Shown here one piece after another: positions 55,638-64,000 of a stretch of DNA of 64,000 nt; position 1 is the stretch's first letter; every line of letters starts with the position of its first letter. This DNA is from an uncultured Anaerolineae bacterium (GTDB lineage Bacteria; Chloroflexota; Anaerolineae; Aggregatilineales; UBA3940). Both the position numbers and the translations under genes were made by a program. The DNA lies in the NCBI GenBank assembly GCA_964390105.1, contig CAYMGV010000001.1, forward strand, positions 2-64,001. Reading direction: 5' to 3'. The notes under the pieces were generated by a model. The model did no database searches. It was not told where the DNA came from and saw nothing but the letters and a program-made list of their open reading frames with translations.

Positions 55638-56824
55638 ACTTGTTGAAATTTCCCCCTCGATTGTTAGCGTTCGTCGCAGTGGCACTGCTTGCCACCGCAC
55701 TGAGCGGTTGTGCGGGCGGCTCCGCCCGGGCTGCGCAGCTTGCTGGCGGTAGTTGGCCGAGTGTTACCGTTGAAGACGAGACGATCTATATGGCAGGTGG
55801 CAGCGCACTGTATGCCATTGAAGTGGGTGCGCGCACAGCATCTCCAATCTGGTCCTTTACCGCCGAAGAGCGCGTCTCCACCATCTACTCTTACCCTTCA
55901 GTGGGTAACGGGCTGGTGGTAACGGCGGATTACTCCGGTAACGTCTACGGCATCGACCGTGAAAACGGTGCGCTGGTGTGGCAGTTCACCGCCAACAGTG
56001 CCCGTTTCATCGGCGGATCTGTGTTTGGCGAGAACCTGCTGTACATCGCTGGCACCGATGGCAATCTTTACGCCCTTGACCCCGACACAGGCACGGAGGA
56101 GTGGCGATTCAGCGCTGAGCGTGACATCTGGTCCGCACCACTGCTGTATGAAGACACCCTGTATATCACTTCCCTTGACGGGCACCTGTACGCGGTCAAC
56201 GCCGAAACCGGGGATGAGTTGTGGACCTTCCCTGAAAATGGTGAAGCCGCGACACTGGCGATGTTGGGAACCCCGGTTATCTACGAGAACCTGATTATTT
56301 TTGCCAGCTTCAACAACGAACTGTATGCGCTCGACCTTGAGACACACAAGATCGTGTGGACGTACAGCACCACCAACTGGGTCTACACCAGCCCAACCGT
56401 GGACGAGGAGAACGGTCTGCTGTATGGCGGCGATCTCGAAGGGCGTGTATTTGCGCTTAACCCGGCATCCGGCGAGGAAGCCTGGGCACTACAGACTGAT
56501 GGCCCAGTTGTCAGTGCGCCGACACTACATGAATATAAGGGTGCCCCCGCTGTCTTCGCGCCGTCTGGCGATGGTGATGTCTATATCATCGACCCGGCAA
56601 GCGGTGAACAGCTCGACCAGCCGTTCGAATTCACAGCAACCTTCACCAACCGGTTCCTGTTTTTCTCAACCGGGGAGTCAGACCGCAGCATTCCGCTGTA
56701 CGCACCGGTGCTGTTCTTTAATGATTTAACCCTGTTGACCGCCCACCAGGGTGATGATCAGTTATACGCCTATGATAGTGAATCGTTCGTTCAGCAGTGG
56801 ACCTGCTGTAGCGTGTCTGAATAA
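55634..56824 (+). CDS. PQQ-binding-like (BamB-like) beta-propeller lipoprotein
   Basis: TTG start with AGGAG 8 nt upstream; lipobox LSGC; repeated DG.LYA.D..TG...W.F blades. Confidence 0.85.
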   Translation: MNLLKFPPRLLAFVAVALLATALSGCAGGSARAAQLAGGSWPSVTVEDETIYMAGGSALYAIEVGARTASPIWSFTAEERVSTIYSYPSVGNGLVVTADYSGNVYGIDRENGALVWQFTANSARFIGGSVFGENLLYIAGTDGNLYALDPDTGTEEWRFSAERDIWSAPLLYEDTLYITSLDGHLYAVNAETGDELWTFPENGEAATLAMLGTPVIYENLIIFASFNNELYALDLETHKIVWTYSTTNWVYTSPTVDEENGLLYGGDLEGRVFALNPASGEEAWALQTDGPVVSAPTLHEYKGAPAVFAPSGDGDVYIIDPASGEQLDQPFEFTATFTNRFLFFSTGESDRSIPLYAPVLFFNDLTLLTAHQGDDQLYAYDSESFVQQWTCCSVSE

Positions 56825-56845
56825 GGCACCAGGGAGCTTTTAAGT

Positions 56846-57691
56846 ATGTGGGACACCTTTATCCTTGATCCACTGGTGAACCTGTTGGTATGGCTGTATG
56901 CCCTACTCGGTCAGAACTATTTCCTGGCGATCCTCGCCATTACGTTCCTGATCCGTATGGGCACCTATCCGCTATTCCGTACGCAGATTCAATCCACCAT
57001 GGCAATGCAGGAACTTCAGCCGCGACTGAAGAAGATCCAGGAAAAATACAAAAGCGATCCGGAACAGCTCCAGGCCAAGACGATGGAAATCTACAAGGAA
57101 GCGGGGGTGAACCCGTTAGGCGGCTGCCTGCCGACGCTCGTTCAGTTCCCGATTCTGATCGGCCTGTACCAGGCTATCACCCGGACACTGGCGGGGTCTC
57201 CGCTCCAGTTAATTGATCTCTCGCAGCATCTTTATAACCCGCTGCCGGAGATGTTGAGCTGGCTGCCCAGCCCGATCAGCTATATCCCGCTGAACAGCCG
57301 CTTTGCATGGCTTGACCTTGCCTCCCCTGATCCACTGATGGTTCTGCCAGCACTGGTTGTGATCAGCACTTTCCTTTATCAGAAGCTCGTCACGCCGCCC
57401 AGCACTGCCGGGGGCGACCCTTCACAGGCGGCAATGAGCCGTACGATGATGCTGATGATGCCGCTGTTTATCGGGTCGATCTCGATCAACTTCCCGGCAG
57501 GGCTTTCCGTGTACTGGGTGGCGGGCAACCTCATTGGTGTGCTTCAGTCGGCATCACTGGGGCGAGCCAGCGTCGATAACCTGCTGGGGACCCAGAACGG
57601 CGGCAAATTTACGATTGGTGGGTTCCTGGGCTTGTCACAACCTGAGCCAGAACCCAGGGGTCGATCAGGCAGCCGAAGAAACAAACGGTAG
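56846..57691 (+). CDS. yidC: Membrane protein insertase YidC/Oxa1 (short form without a large periplasmic domain)
   Basis: AIL..T.LIR...YPL, MQELQPRLKKIQEKYK, GVNPLGGCLP.LVQFPILIGLY, FAWLDLASPDP, PAGLSVYW. Confidence 0.95.
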   Translation: MWDTFILDPLVNLLVWLYALLGQNYFLAILAITFLIRMGTYPLFRTQIQSTMAMQELQPRLKKIQEKYKSDPEQLQAKTMEIYKEAGVNPLGGCLPTLVQFPILIGLYQAITRTLAGSPLQLIDLSQHLYNPLPEMLSWLPSPISYIPLNSRFAWLDLASPDPLMVLPALVVISTFLYQKLVTPPSTAGGDPSQAAMSRTMMLMMPLFIGSISINFPAGLSVYWVAGNLIGVLQSASLGRASVDNLLGTQNGGKFTIGGFLGLSQPEPEPRGRSGSRRNKR

Positions 57692-57754
57692 CGGCCCGGT
57701 CATCACACCCGCCCGGTTCAGTCCCACCGATTACAACACAGTGCGAGGTAAACC

Positions 57755-58621
57755 ATGAGCGCAGGCACGTATGAACCTGTCCAATTCCATGCAGAGACCG
57801 TCGAACAAGCGATTAACACCGGACTACAGGCTCTTGGCCTCAAGCGCAACGAGGTGATCATCGAGATACTGGAGGAGGGTACCCGGGGCCTGCTCGGTAT
57901 GGGCAGCAAAGAGGCCGTGGTGCGCATCATGCCACTACGTGCTCCACGCCCTGCCTCGGAACTCGAGGTAAAAGCACCGGCACAACCGGCCTCAGCGCCT
58001 GAGCCTCCCCAGGAGGATCAACCGGAGAAACCTGTACGTGAGGAAAAGCAGCAGGCCCCGCCCCCTCAGCGTGAGGCGGCAAAGCCATTGGCACCTAAAC
58101 CGGCCTCCTCCGCACCTGACGTTTCCGAGGAGGACATCGAGGAAGAACTGTCCATCGCCCAGGCCACGCTGGGCCAGCTCCTTGATTACATGGGCATCGA
58201 GGCCACCATTGATCTCGTCAAGGCGGTACCTGCTGATGGCGAAGACCCGGAGGATACCCCGTGGATACTGGATGTCAACGGCGATGATCTCGGCCTGCTA
58301 ATCGGCAAGCGCGGTGAAACCCTGGGTGACCTCCAGTACATCACACGCCTGATCGTCAGTCGTCAGACTCAGCGGCGATCCCGGTTTGTAGTCGATGTAG
58401 AGGGTTACAAGACTCGCCGTGAAGACGTGCTGCGCACGCTGGCTATGCGTATGGCGGATCGGGCAAAAGAGCAGGGTCGCACCATGACGCTCGAACCCAT
58501 GCCACCTAATGAGCGCCGCATCATCCACCTGACCCTGCGTGATGATGAGGACGTCACCACTGAAAGCGTAGGGGATGGCGACCGCCGTAAGGTCACTATT
58601 GTGCCGGTACGAGAGCGCTAA
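57755..58621 (+). CDS. jag: RNA-binding protein Jag/KhpB/EloR (Jag_N, KH, R3H)
   Basis: TVEQAI..GL..L...G..GLLG.G.K.A; GLLIGKRGETL..LQY; LEPMPPNERRIIHL; TESVG.G.RR. Confidence 0.93.
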   Translation: MSAGTYEPVQFHAETVEQAINTGLQALGLKRNEVIIEILEEGTRGLLGMGSKEAVVRIMPLRAPRPASELEVKAPAQPASAPEPPQEDQPEKPVREEKQQAPPPQREAAKPLAPKPASSAPDVSEEDIEEELSIAQATLGQLLDYMGIEATIDLVKAVPADGEDPEDTPWILDVNGDDLGLLIGKRGETLGDLQYITRLIVSRQTQRRSRFVVDVEGYKTRREDVLRTLAMRMADRAKEQGRTMTLEPMPPNERRIIHLTLRDDEDVTTESVGDGDRRKVTIVPVRER

Positions 58622-58651
58622 TCGGCACCCTTTCACCGAAAGATAAGTGCG

Positions 58652-58684
58652 GAAGCCCCTGGCTTTAGCTATGGGGTAATTGAC
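58652..58684 (+). mobile_element. Solo IS200/IS605-superfamily-like terminal hairpin with no transposase nearby
   Basis: GAAGCCCCTGGCTTTAGCTATGGGGTAATTGAC (reverse complement GTCAATTACCCCATAGCTAAAGCCAGGGGCTTC) resembles TnpB/IscB element ends as I remember them; not verified by search. Confidence 0.55.
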
Positions 58685-58735
58685 GATCTGTCATCTTCGT
58701 GGGGTGCCGAGGCACCCCCTTGGTGTACCCTGAAC

Positions 58736-59569
58736 ATGAACACTCCGCAGTATGTTGCAATCGGTCATATCTGCCGGGATGTCATCCCCGGTGGATACAC
58801 CCTGGGCGGGACCGTCAGCTTCAGCTCACGCATGGCACACGCGCTGGGTGTCGATGCGGCGATCCTGAGCAGTGGTGCCGATGATATCCATGAGCTGACC
58901 GGCCCGCTTGATGGCATCACAAAGCACATCATCCCCGCCCCTGAATCAACCACCTTCCATAATCAATACACATCTGCCGGGCGCAAGCAGCTTCTACTGG
59001 GGCGTGCTGCCAGCATTCAGCCTGAACACATCCCTGGTGCGTGGAAAAATCCAGAACTTATTCACATCGCACCGGTTGCCAATGAGGTATCATCAGATAT
59101 GCTATCGGCGTTTCCATCCAGCTTCATCGGGGTGACCCCACAGGGCTGGATGCGTATATGGGACGACAATCGGCGGGTCATCTATCGCCCATGGCCGTCG
59201 GCCTATGATGTGCTTCCAGTAGCAGACGCGGTTGTGATGAGCATTGAAGATGTGGCTTATGACACCACACTGATTCAAGACTATGGCATGCAGGCACGCT
59301 GCCTCGTTGTCACCTGTGGCGCGGATGGCGCTGATATTTACCAGCACGGGAAGCGGCTACACATCGAATCTCCCATCGTGCAGGAAGCAGATCCAACCGG
59401 GGCAGGGGATATCTTCGCAGCGGCATTCTTCATCCACCTGCAGCGCCATGGTGATGTACGCCGTGCCGGGCGCTTTGCGGCTTTGCTTGCCAGCGATTCC
59501 GTCACACGGCGCGGGCTGGACAGCCTGCCACGCCCAGGCACCATCACACAGGCATGGCAAACTTATTAA
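58736..59569 (+). CDS. PfkB family carbohydrate kinase
   Basis: IGHICRD, LGGTV, TPQGWMR, VVTCGADG, DPTGAGDIFAAAF. Confidence 0.9.
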   Translation: MNTPQYVAIGHICRDVIPGGYTLGGTVSFSSRMAHALGVDAAILSSGADDIHELTGPLDGITKHIIPAPESTTFHNQYTSAGRKQLLLGRAASIQPEHIPGAWKNPELIHIAPVANEVSSDMLSAFPSSFIGVTPQGWMRIWDDNRRVIYRPWPSAYDVLPVADAVVMSIEDVAYDTTLIQDYGMQARCLVVTCGADGADIYQHGKRLHIESPIVQEADPTGAGDIFAAAFFIHLQRHGDVRRAGRFAALLASDSVTRRGLDSLPRPGTITQAWQTY

Positions 59570-59595
59570 TCCAATCAAGGGGAATTTAACTAACC

Positions 59596-60792
59596 ATGAC
59601 CACCAACCAGGAACTCATCAACCAAAAACTCGATCAAGCCGTTGAAATCTTACAGGAACTGGATATTGATGTGTGGGTGACCTTCGCGCGCGAGTCGATC
59701 CTCAACCCCGACCCGGTCCTGGAGTTAATCCTCGGCTTTGAGATCGTGTGGCAATCGGCATTCATCATCACAAAAGACAACCGCCGTTTTGCCATCGTGG
59801 GCAAGCATGACGTGGAGAACATTCACAACATCGGCGGCTACACCGACGTGATCCCGTATTTACAGGGCATCCGAGGACCTTTGGCCGATACCCTGATGAA
59901 CCTGAACCCGATCCACATCGCCCTCAACTACTCCGAGAATGACGTGGCTGCCGATGGTCTGTCACACGGGATGCTGCTGCTGCTCCAGCGTTACCTCGCC
60001 GATTCCGGGCTGCCCGACCGCTTTGTCTCGGGTGAGCGCATCATTGCCGCCCTGCGCGGGCGTAAATCCCCGGCAGAGCTTGCGCGCATCCGCCAGGCCG
60101 TCCAGGCTACACAAGGCATGTTCAAGCAGGCAGAAGGCTTCATTGAACCGGGTCGCAGCGAGCTTGACGTTGCCAACTTCGTTCATGGGCTGCTCGATGA
60201 GAAACGATTAGGCACCGCATGGGATTATGATTACTGCCCGACGGTCAGCGCCGGGCCGGATTCCCCGGTGGGGCATGCTGGCCCACAGGACCAGTACAAG
60301 ATCGCGCAGGGGCAGATCATCCACATGGATTTTGGTGTCAAGGAAAACGATTACTGCGCCGACCTGCAGCGCATCTGGTACTATCGCAAAGAGGGCGAAA
60401 CCGAGGCCCCCGCAGAAGTGCAGCAGGGCTTTGCAGCCGCACGCAAGGCGCTTATGGCTGGCTTCGAGATGCTGAAGCCGGGTGTACAGGGCTGGCAGGT
60501 CGATGAGGCGGCACGTAACGAAATAGTCGCGCAGGGCTACCCGGAGTATGAACATGCCTTCGGGCACCTGCTGGGCCGTGTGGCCCATGACGGCTCGACC
60601 ACCCTCGGCCCACGCTGGGAACGCTATGGGCAGACGCCCTATAATGTTGTTGAGGTTGGCAACGTTTTCGCTATCGAACTGGGCCTCACGGTGCCCGGCT
60701 ACGGCTATGTCGGGCTGGAGGAGAACGTGATCGTGACCGAGAACGGCACCGAGTGGCTCTCTGACCCCCAGGAGTCGATCTGGCTGATCTAG
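59596..60792 (+). CDS. Xaa-Pro peptidase family (M24) metallopeptidase
   Basis: LRGRKSPAEL, GH, HMDFGV...YCADLQR, HAFGH.LG...HDG, FAIE, GLEENVIVT. Confidence 0.9.
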   Translation: MTTNQELINQKLDQAVEILQELDIDVWVTFARESILNPDPVLELILGFEIVWQSAFIITKDNRRFAIVGKHDVENIHNIGGYTDVIPYLQGIRGPLADTLMNLNPIHIALNYSENDVAADGLSHGMLLLLQRYLADSGLPDRFVSGERIIAALRGRKSPAELARIRQAVQATQGMFKQAEGFIEPGRSELDVANFVHGLLDEKRLGTAWDYDYCPTVSAGPDSPVGHAGPQDQYKIAQGQIIHMDFGVKENDYCADLQRIWYYRKEGETEAPAEVQQGFAAARKALMAGFEMLKPGVQGWQVDEAARNEIVAQGYPEYEHAFGHLLGRVAHDGSTTLGPRWERYGQTPYNVVEVGNVFAIELGLTVPGYGYVGLEENVIVTENGTEWLSDPQESIWLI

Positions 60793-60833
60793 CCAAGGCG
60801 TCGAACATCACACCAGAAAAGGATCACCGCATC

Positions 60834-62441
60834 ATGCAGGCCGATACCATTCTCACCAACGGGCGCATCACCACCGGGAACCCCGCAGCATGGCAAGCGG
60901 AAGCCGTCGCCATCCGTGACGGGCGTTTCATCGCGGTGGGCAGCACCGCCGACCTCGACGGCATCAGCGGGCCACGCACCGATTTGCATGGTCTCAGCGT
61001 GATCCCCGGTCTGATCGATGCGCATGTGCATCTCAGCATGTACGCACGTGCCCTGCAAGATGTCGATCTCAACTGGGCTGCCTCAGCGCAAGAGGCCGCC
61101 GAATGGGCCGCCGAACGCGCCCACACCCTGCCACCCGGCACATGGGTACGTGGCTCCGGCTGGGATCAAACCCGCTGGGCCGATGGGCAGTTCCCGGCAG
61201 CAGACATCCTCGATACCCTGATCCCGGATCACCCCGTGTATCTCGTCACACGCTCCGCGCACGCGGCATGGGCCAACTCAGCCGCATTGAAGGCCGCAGG
61301 CATCACCAGGAACACGCCTGACCCGGCTGGCGGCGAGATCGCACGCGACGAAAGCGGCAGCCCGACCGGGCTTCTGCTTGAATCCGCGATGGAGCTGGTT
61401 TCCGGGGTCATCCCAGCCCCATCCGACGAGGAGGCCGCAGCGGCAGTCAAAGCCGCCATTGAGCGGGCACACCGGGGCGGGCTGACCGGCCTGCATGATT
61501 TCGACGGGGCATCGGCCTTCCGTGCCTATCAAATCCTGCATCAACGCGGCGACCTGACTCTGCGCATTGTTAAGACGATCCGGGTGCGCTATCTCGATGA
61601 GGCGATCCGGCTCGGCTTGCGCTGGGGCTTTGGTGATGACTGGCTGCGGGTCGGCGGGGTGAAGACCTTCACCGATGGCGCACTGGGGCCGCGCACGGCA
61701 TGGATGATCGATGCCTACGAGAACGAGCCCGGTAACACCGGTATCTGCGTCACCGACCCTGAACAGATTTATCACGATGTCAGCCGGGCCAGCGCCGCCG
61801 GGCTGCCCTCGACTATCCACGCCATCGGTGATAAAGCCGTGCACGAGGTCCTCAACGTGTATCAGGCCGTCCGTAAGGAGGAAGCCGCGCGTGGTGTGAC
61901 GCCCGACCAGATGCGCCACCGCATTGAGCATGTGCAGCTCATCCACCCCGCTGACGCGCACCGGCTGGGAAAGATGGGCATCATCGCATCGATGCAGCCC
62001 ACGCACGCCACATCAGATATGGAAATGGCTGACCGCTTCTGGGGGCATCGCTGCGCCGGGGCCTATAACTGGCGTCAGCAGTTGAACGCAGGGGCCGTAC
62101 TGGCCTTCGGCAGCGACGCCCCCATCGAAGCCATTGAGCCGCTGCCGGGCATCATGGCTGCCGTCACACGCCGCCGTCCGGATGGTGCCGGGGGCACGGA
62201 TGGCTGGTATGGGGCCGATGAGGGGCGCTTATCGGTCGATGAGGTGCTGGGGGCCTTCACGATGGGGGCAGCCTATGCCGCGGGCACCGAGACCCACCAG
62301 GGGCAGATCAAGGCCGGGTATCTTGCTGATCTCGTCGTGCTGGGGGAGGACCTCCACCAGATCGACCCCATGACCATCGGCGAGACGCCGGTGCTGGGCA
62401 CCATGACGGGCGGGGGCTGGCGGCATCGCACCTTTGATTAA
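60834..62441 (+). CDS. Amidohydrolase (YtcJ-like, Amidohydro_3)
   Basis: PGLIDAHVH, HAAWANS, KTFTDGALG.RTA, IHAIGD, RIEHVQ, SMQPTH, FGSDAP, G.LADLVVL. Confidence 0.92.
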   Translation: MQADTILTNGRITTGNPAAWQAEAVAIRDGRFIAVGSTADLDGISGPRTDLHGLSVIPGLIDAHVHLSMYARALQDVDLNWAASAQEAAEWAAERAHTLPPGTWVRGSGWDQTRWADGQFPAADILDTLIPDHPVYLVTRSAHAAWANSAALKAAGITRNTPDPAGGEIARDESGSPTGLLLESAMELVSGVIPAPSDEEAAAAVKAAIERAHRGGLTGLHDFDGASAFRAYQILHQRGDLTLRIVKTIRVRYLDEAIRLGLRWGFGDDWLRVGGVKTFTDGALGPRTAWMIDAYENEPGNTGICVTDPEQIYHDVSRASAAGLPSTIHAIGDKAVHEVLNVYQAVRKEEAARGVTPDQMRHRIEHVQLIHPADAHRLGKMGIIASMQPTHATSDMEMADRFWGHRCAGAYNWRQQLNAGAVLAFGSDAPIEAIEPLPGIMAAVTRRRPDGAGGTDGWYGADEGRLSVDEVLGAFTMGAAYAAGTETHQGQIKAGYLADLVVLGEDLHQIDPMTIGETPVLGTMTGGGWRHRTFD

Positions 62442-63373
62442 CGGTCGTCCTCGTCGGTGCGGTCAATGATGTAGCGTGGGCGCTTGCGCGTCTCATCGAG
62501 GTTGCGCCACAGGTATTCCCCGATCACGCCGATGGTGATCAGCTGCGCCCCGGAGACGATCAACAGCACCACCATGAGCGAAGTCCAGCCGGTGGGCTGT
62601 GCGCCAAAGACCCGCGTGAACACCACGATCATAGCGTAGAGCAAGCCACCGATAGCGGTGATGATACCGAGGATCGACGCGGCCCGCACCGGTACATATG
62701 AAAACGCCACGAACGCATCAATGAAATACTTGAAGCGCCGCGCAAAGGTCCACATCGAGGTGCCGTAGTGCGCCTCGCGGGCCTTGCGATGGTAGTAGAT
62801 CACCTCCGGCTCAAAGCCCGTCCACAGGATCAACCCCATCAGGTAGACGTTGTTCTCCTGTATCCCCGTGATGATGTCACATACCTGCCGATCCAGCAGG
62901 AAGAAATCGAAGCCGCGCTCCGGCATAGTCCTGATCGCAAAGCGCCGGAACAGGCTGTAGAACAGGTTCGAGAGTGCGTCAAGAATGGGGCCGTCCTCGC
63001 GGCTTTTGCGGGCTGCCAGCACCACCTTCTTCCCCTCACGCCAGCATACCAGCATATCATGGATCAGTTCTGGCGGGTCTTGCAGATCGGCGGCAATGGC
63101 TGCGACAGCATCACCACGGGCCTCGGATAACCCGGCAAGGATCGCGGCGTTGGAGCCGAAATTGCGCGAGAGCTTGGCAAAGCGCACCCTATCATCGGAT
63201 GCTGCCAGCTTTTCGATGACGGTTTGTGAGTCATCGGGCGAGGCGTCATTGACGAAGATGAACTCGAAGGTATCGCCGGGGTTCTTCTCGGCCAGTTCAA
63301 CGAACTTCGCATACAGGTCATTGAGGCTGGTTTCGTTCCCGTAGACCGGGACCACAATGGAGAGCAGGGGCAT
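62438..63373 (-). CDS. Glycosyltransferase family 2 (undecaprenyl-phosphate glycosyltransferase, GtrB/ArnC-like)
   Basis: LSIVVPVY, FVNDASPD, LSRNFG, IAADLQDPPELI, DFFLLDR, two C-terminal TM helices, GEYL.R...E...RPRYII. Confidence 0.92.
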   Translation of the reverse strand: MPLLSIVVPVYGNETSLNDLYAKFVELAEKNPGDTFEFIFVNDASPDDSQTVIEKLAASDDRVRFAKLSRNFGSNAAILAGLSEARGDAVAAIAADLQDPPELIHDMLVCWREGKKVVLAARKSREDGPILDALSNLFYSLFRRFAIRTMPERGFDFFLLDRQVCDIITGIQENNVYLMGLILWTGFEPEVIYYHRKAREAHYGTSMWTFARRFKYFIDAFVAFSYVPVRAASILGIITAIGGLLYAMIVVFTRVFGAQPTGWTSLMVVLLIVSGAQLITIGVIGEYLWRNLDETRKRPRYIIDRTDEDDR

Positions 63374-63393
63374 GAAGGTTCCTCGTTAAGGGG

Positions 63394-64000
63394 TTACCAG
63401 TAATGTTCCTTGTACTGCCGATAAAACGCGACCGTCTTCGCCAACCCGTCGCGCAGGGCCGTCATCGGCTCCCAGCCAACCAGCGTTCGAATCTTTGAGA
63501 TATCAGAATAAAAGTGACCCGGTTCCTGTGCCTTGCGTTCATCTGAAAACGGCGCAAACTGCCAGCGGCCCGTGCCCGCCACCTCGATCAGCGTATCGGC
63601 CAGCTCGACAAAATCGGTGGGCGTGTCGATGCCCACGTTGAGAATCTCGCCGTAGGCCGCTTCCGATGACGCGCACATCAGCATGGCCTCGACCGTGTCA
63701 TCGATGTACAGGAAGTCACGCATGATCTGCCCATCACCAAACACCCTGATGGTAGCGTCATCGATGGCGAGCCGCACGAACCAGTTGACCACACCATAGC
63801 GTGAGTGCTGCATCTGCGCACGTGGGCCGTAGATGTTGGTGAGGCGCAGCATGGACGACTGGATGCCATGCACATCATGATAAATCTTGATGATCTTTTC
63901 CGCTGTCAGGTTGGAGATTTCATAGATGCCGCGCGGGTTGGTCGCGGACTCCTCGTTGACGGGCAGCGATACCGCTGGGCCATACTGCCCGCGCGTCCCG
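63394..64000 (-). CDS. NAD-dependent epimerase/dehydratase, C-terminal part; 5' end lies beyond the window
   Basis: Frame continues to the window edge (TRGQYGP...PRGIYEISNLTAEK); LRLTNIYGPR, FGDGQIMRDFLYIDD, SDISKI...GWEP. Confidence 0.88.
   Translation of the reverse strand, partial: GTRGQYGPAVSLPVNEESATNPRGIYEISNLTAEKIIKIYHDVHGIQSSMLRLTNIYGPRAQMQHSRYGVVNWFVRLAIDDATIRVFGDGQIMRDFLYIDDTVEAMLMCASSEAAYGEILNVGIDTPTDFVELADTLIEVAGTGRWQFAPFSDERKAQEPGHFYSDISKIRTLVGWEPMTALRDGLAKTVAFYRQYKEHYW

Overview
A 64 kb, GC-rich (roughly 60% by eye) stretch of ordinary bacterial chromosome, probably from a Chloroflexota bacterium of the class Anaerolineae. That assignment is inferred from gene content: many Pro/Thr-linker lipoproteins, a lipoprotein PBP2 with an NTF2-like domain, and a propeller gene inside the rpmH-rnpA-yidD-yidC-jag cluster. 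The window holds a minus-strand surface-glycan cluster (1-8662) downstream of argF-rocD, then rfbH, an orphan histidine kinase, mutL, tRNA-Lys(CTT), a divergent DUF427 pair, GT28/GH1 genes, a chelatase I/D-type gene, PBP2, serA/aminotransferase/glyA, comEC, dnaN and the rpmH-jag cluster. I found no CRISPR array, prophage or intact mobile element. The most notable signals are: (1) a 1039-aa fusion of a glycoside-hydrolase-like domain lacking its nucleophile with an O-antigen-ligase (Wzy_C) domain, the core of a candidate undescribed surface or protein glycosylation system; (2) a MutL whose endonuclease metal-ligand motifs are substituted (DQNAAHQR, DPYGHP); (3) a chlI/chlD-type gene split by a -1 frameshift at an A9 run; (4) dnaN and rpmH in origin-type arrangement with no dnaA between them, the slot holding a GH31 gene and a SWIM-finger gene preceded by a perfect DnaA box; (5) ComEC with a degenerate metallo-beta-lactamase site; (6) a solo IS200/IS605-like end. 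All calls come from motif reading by eye; no searches were run.
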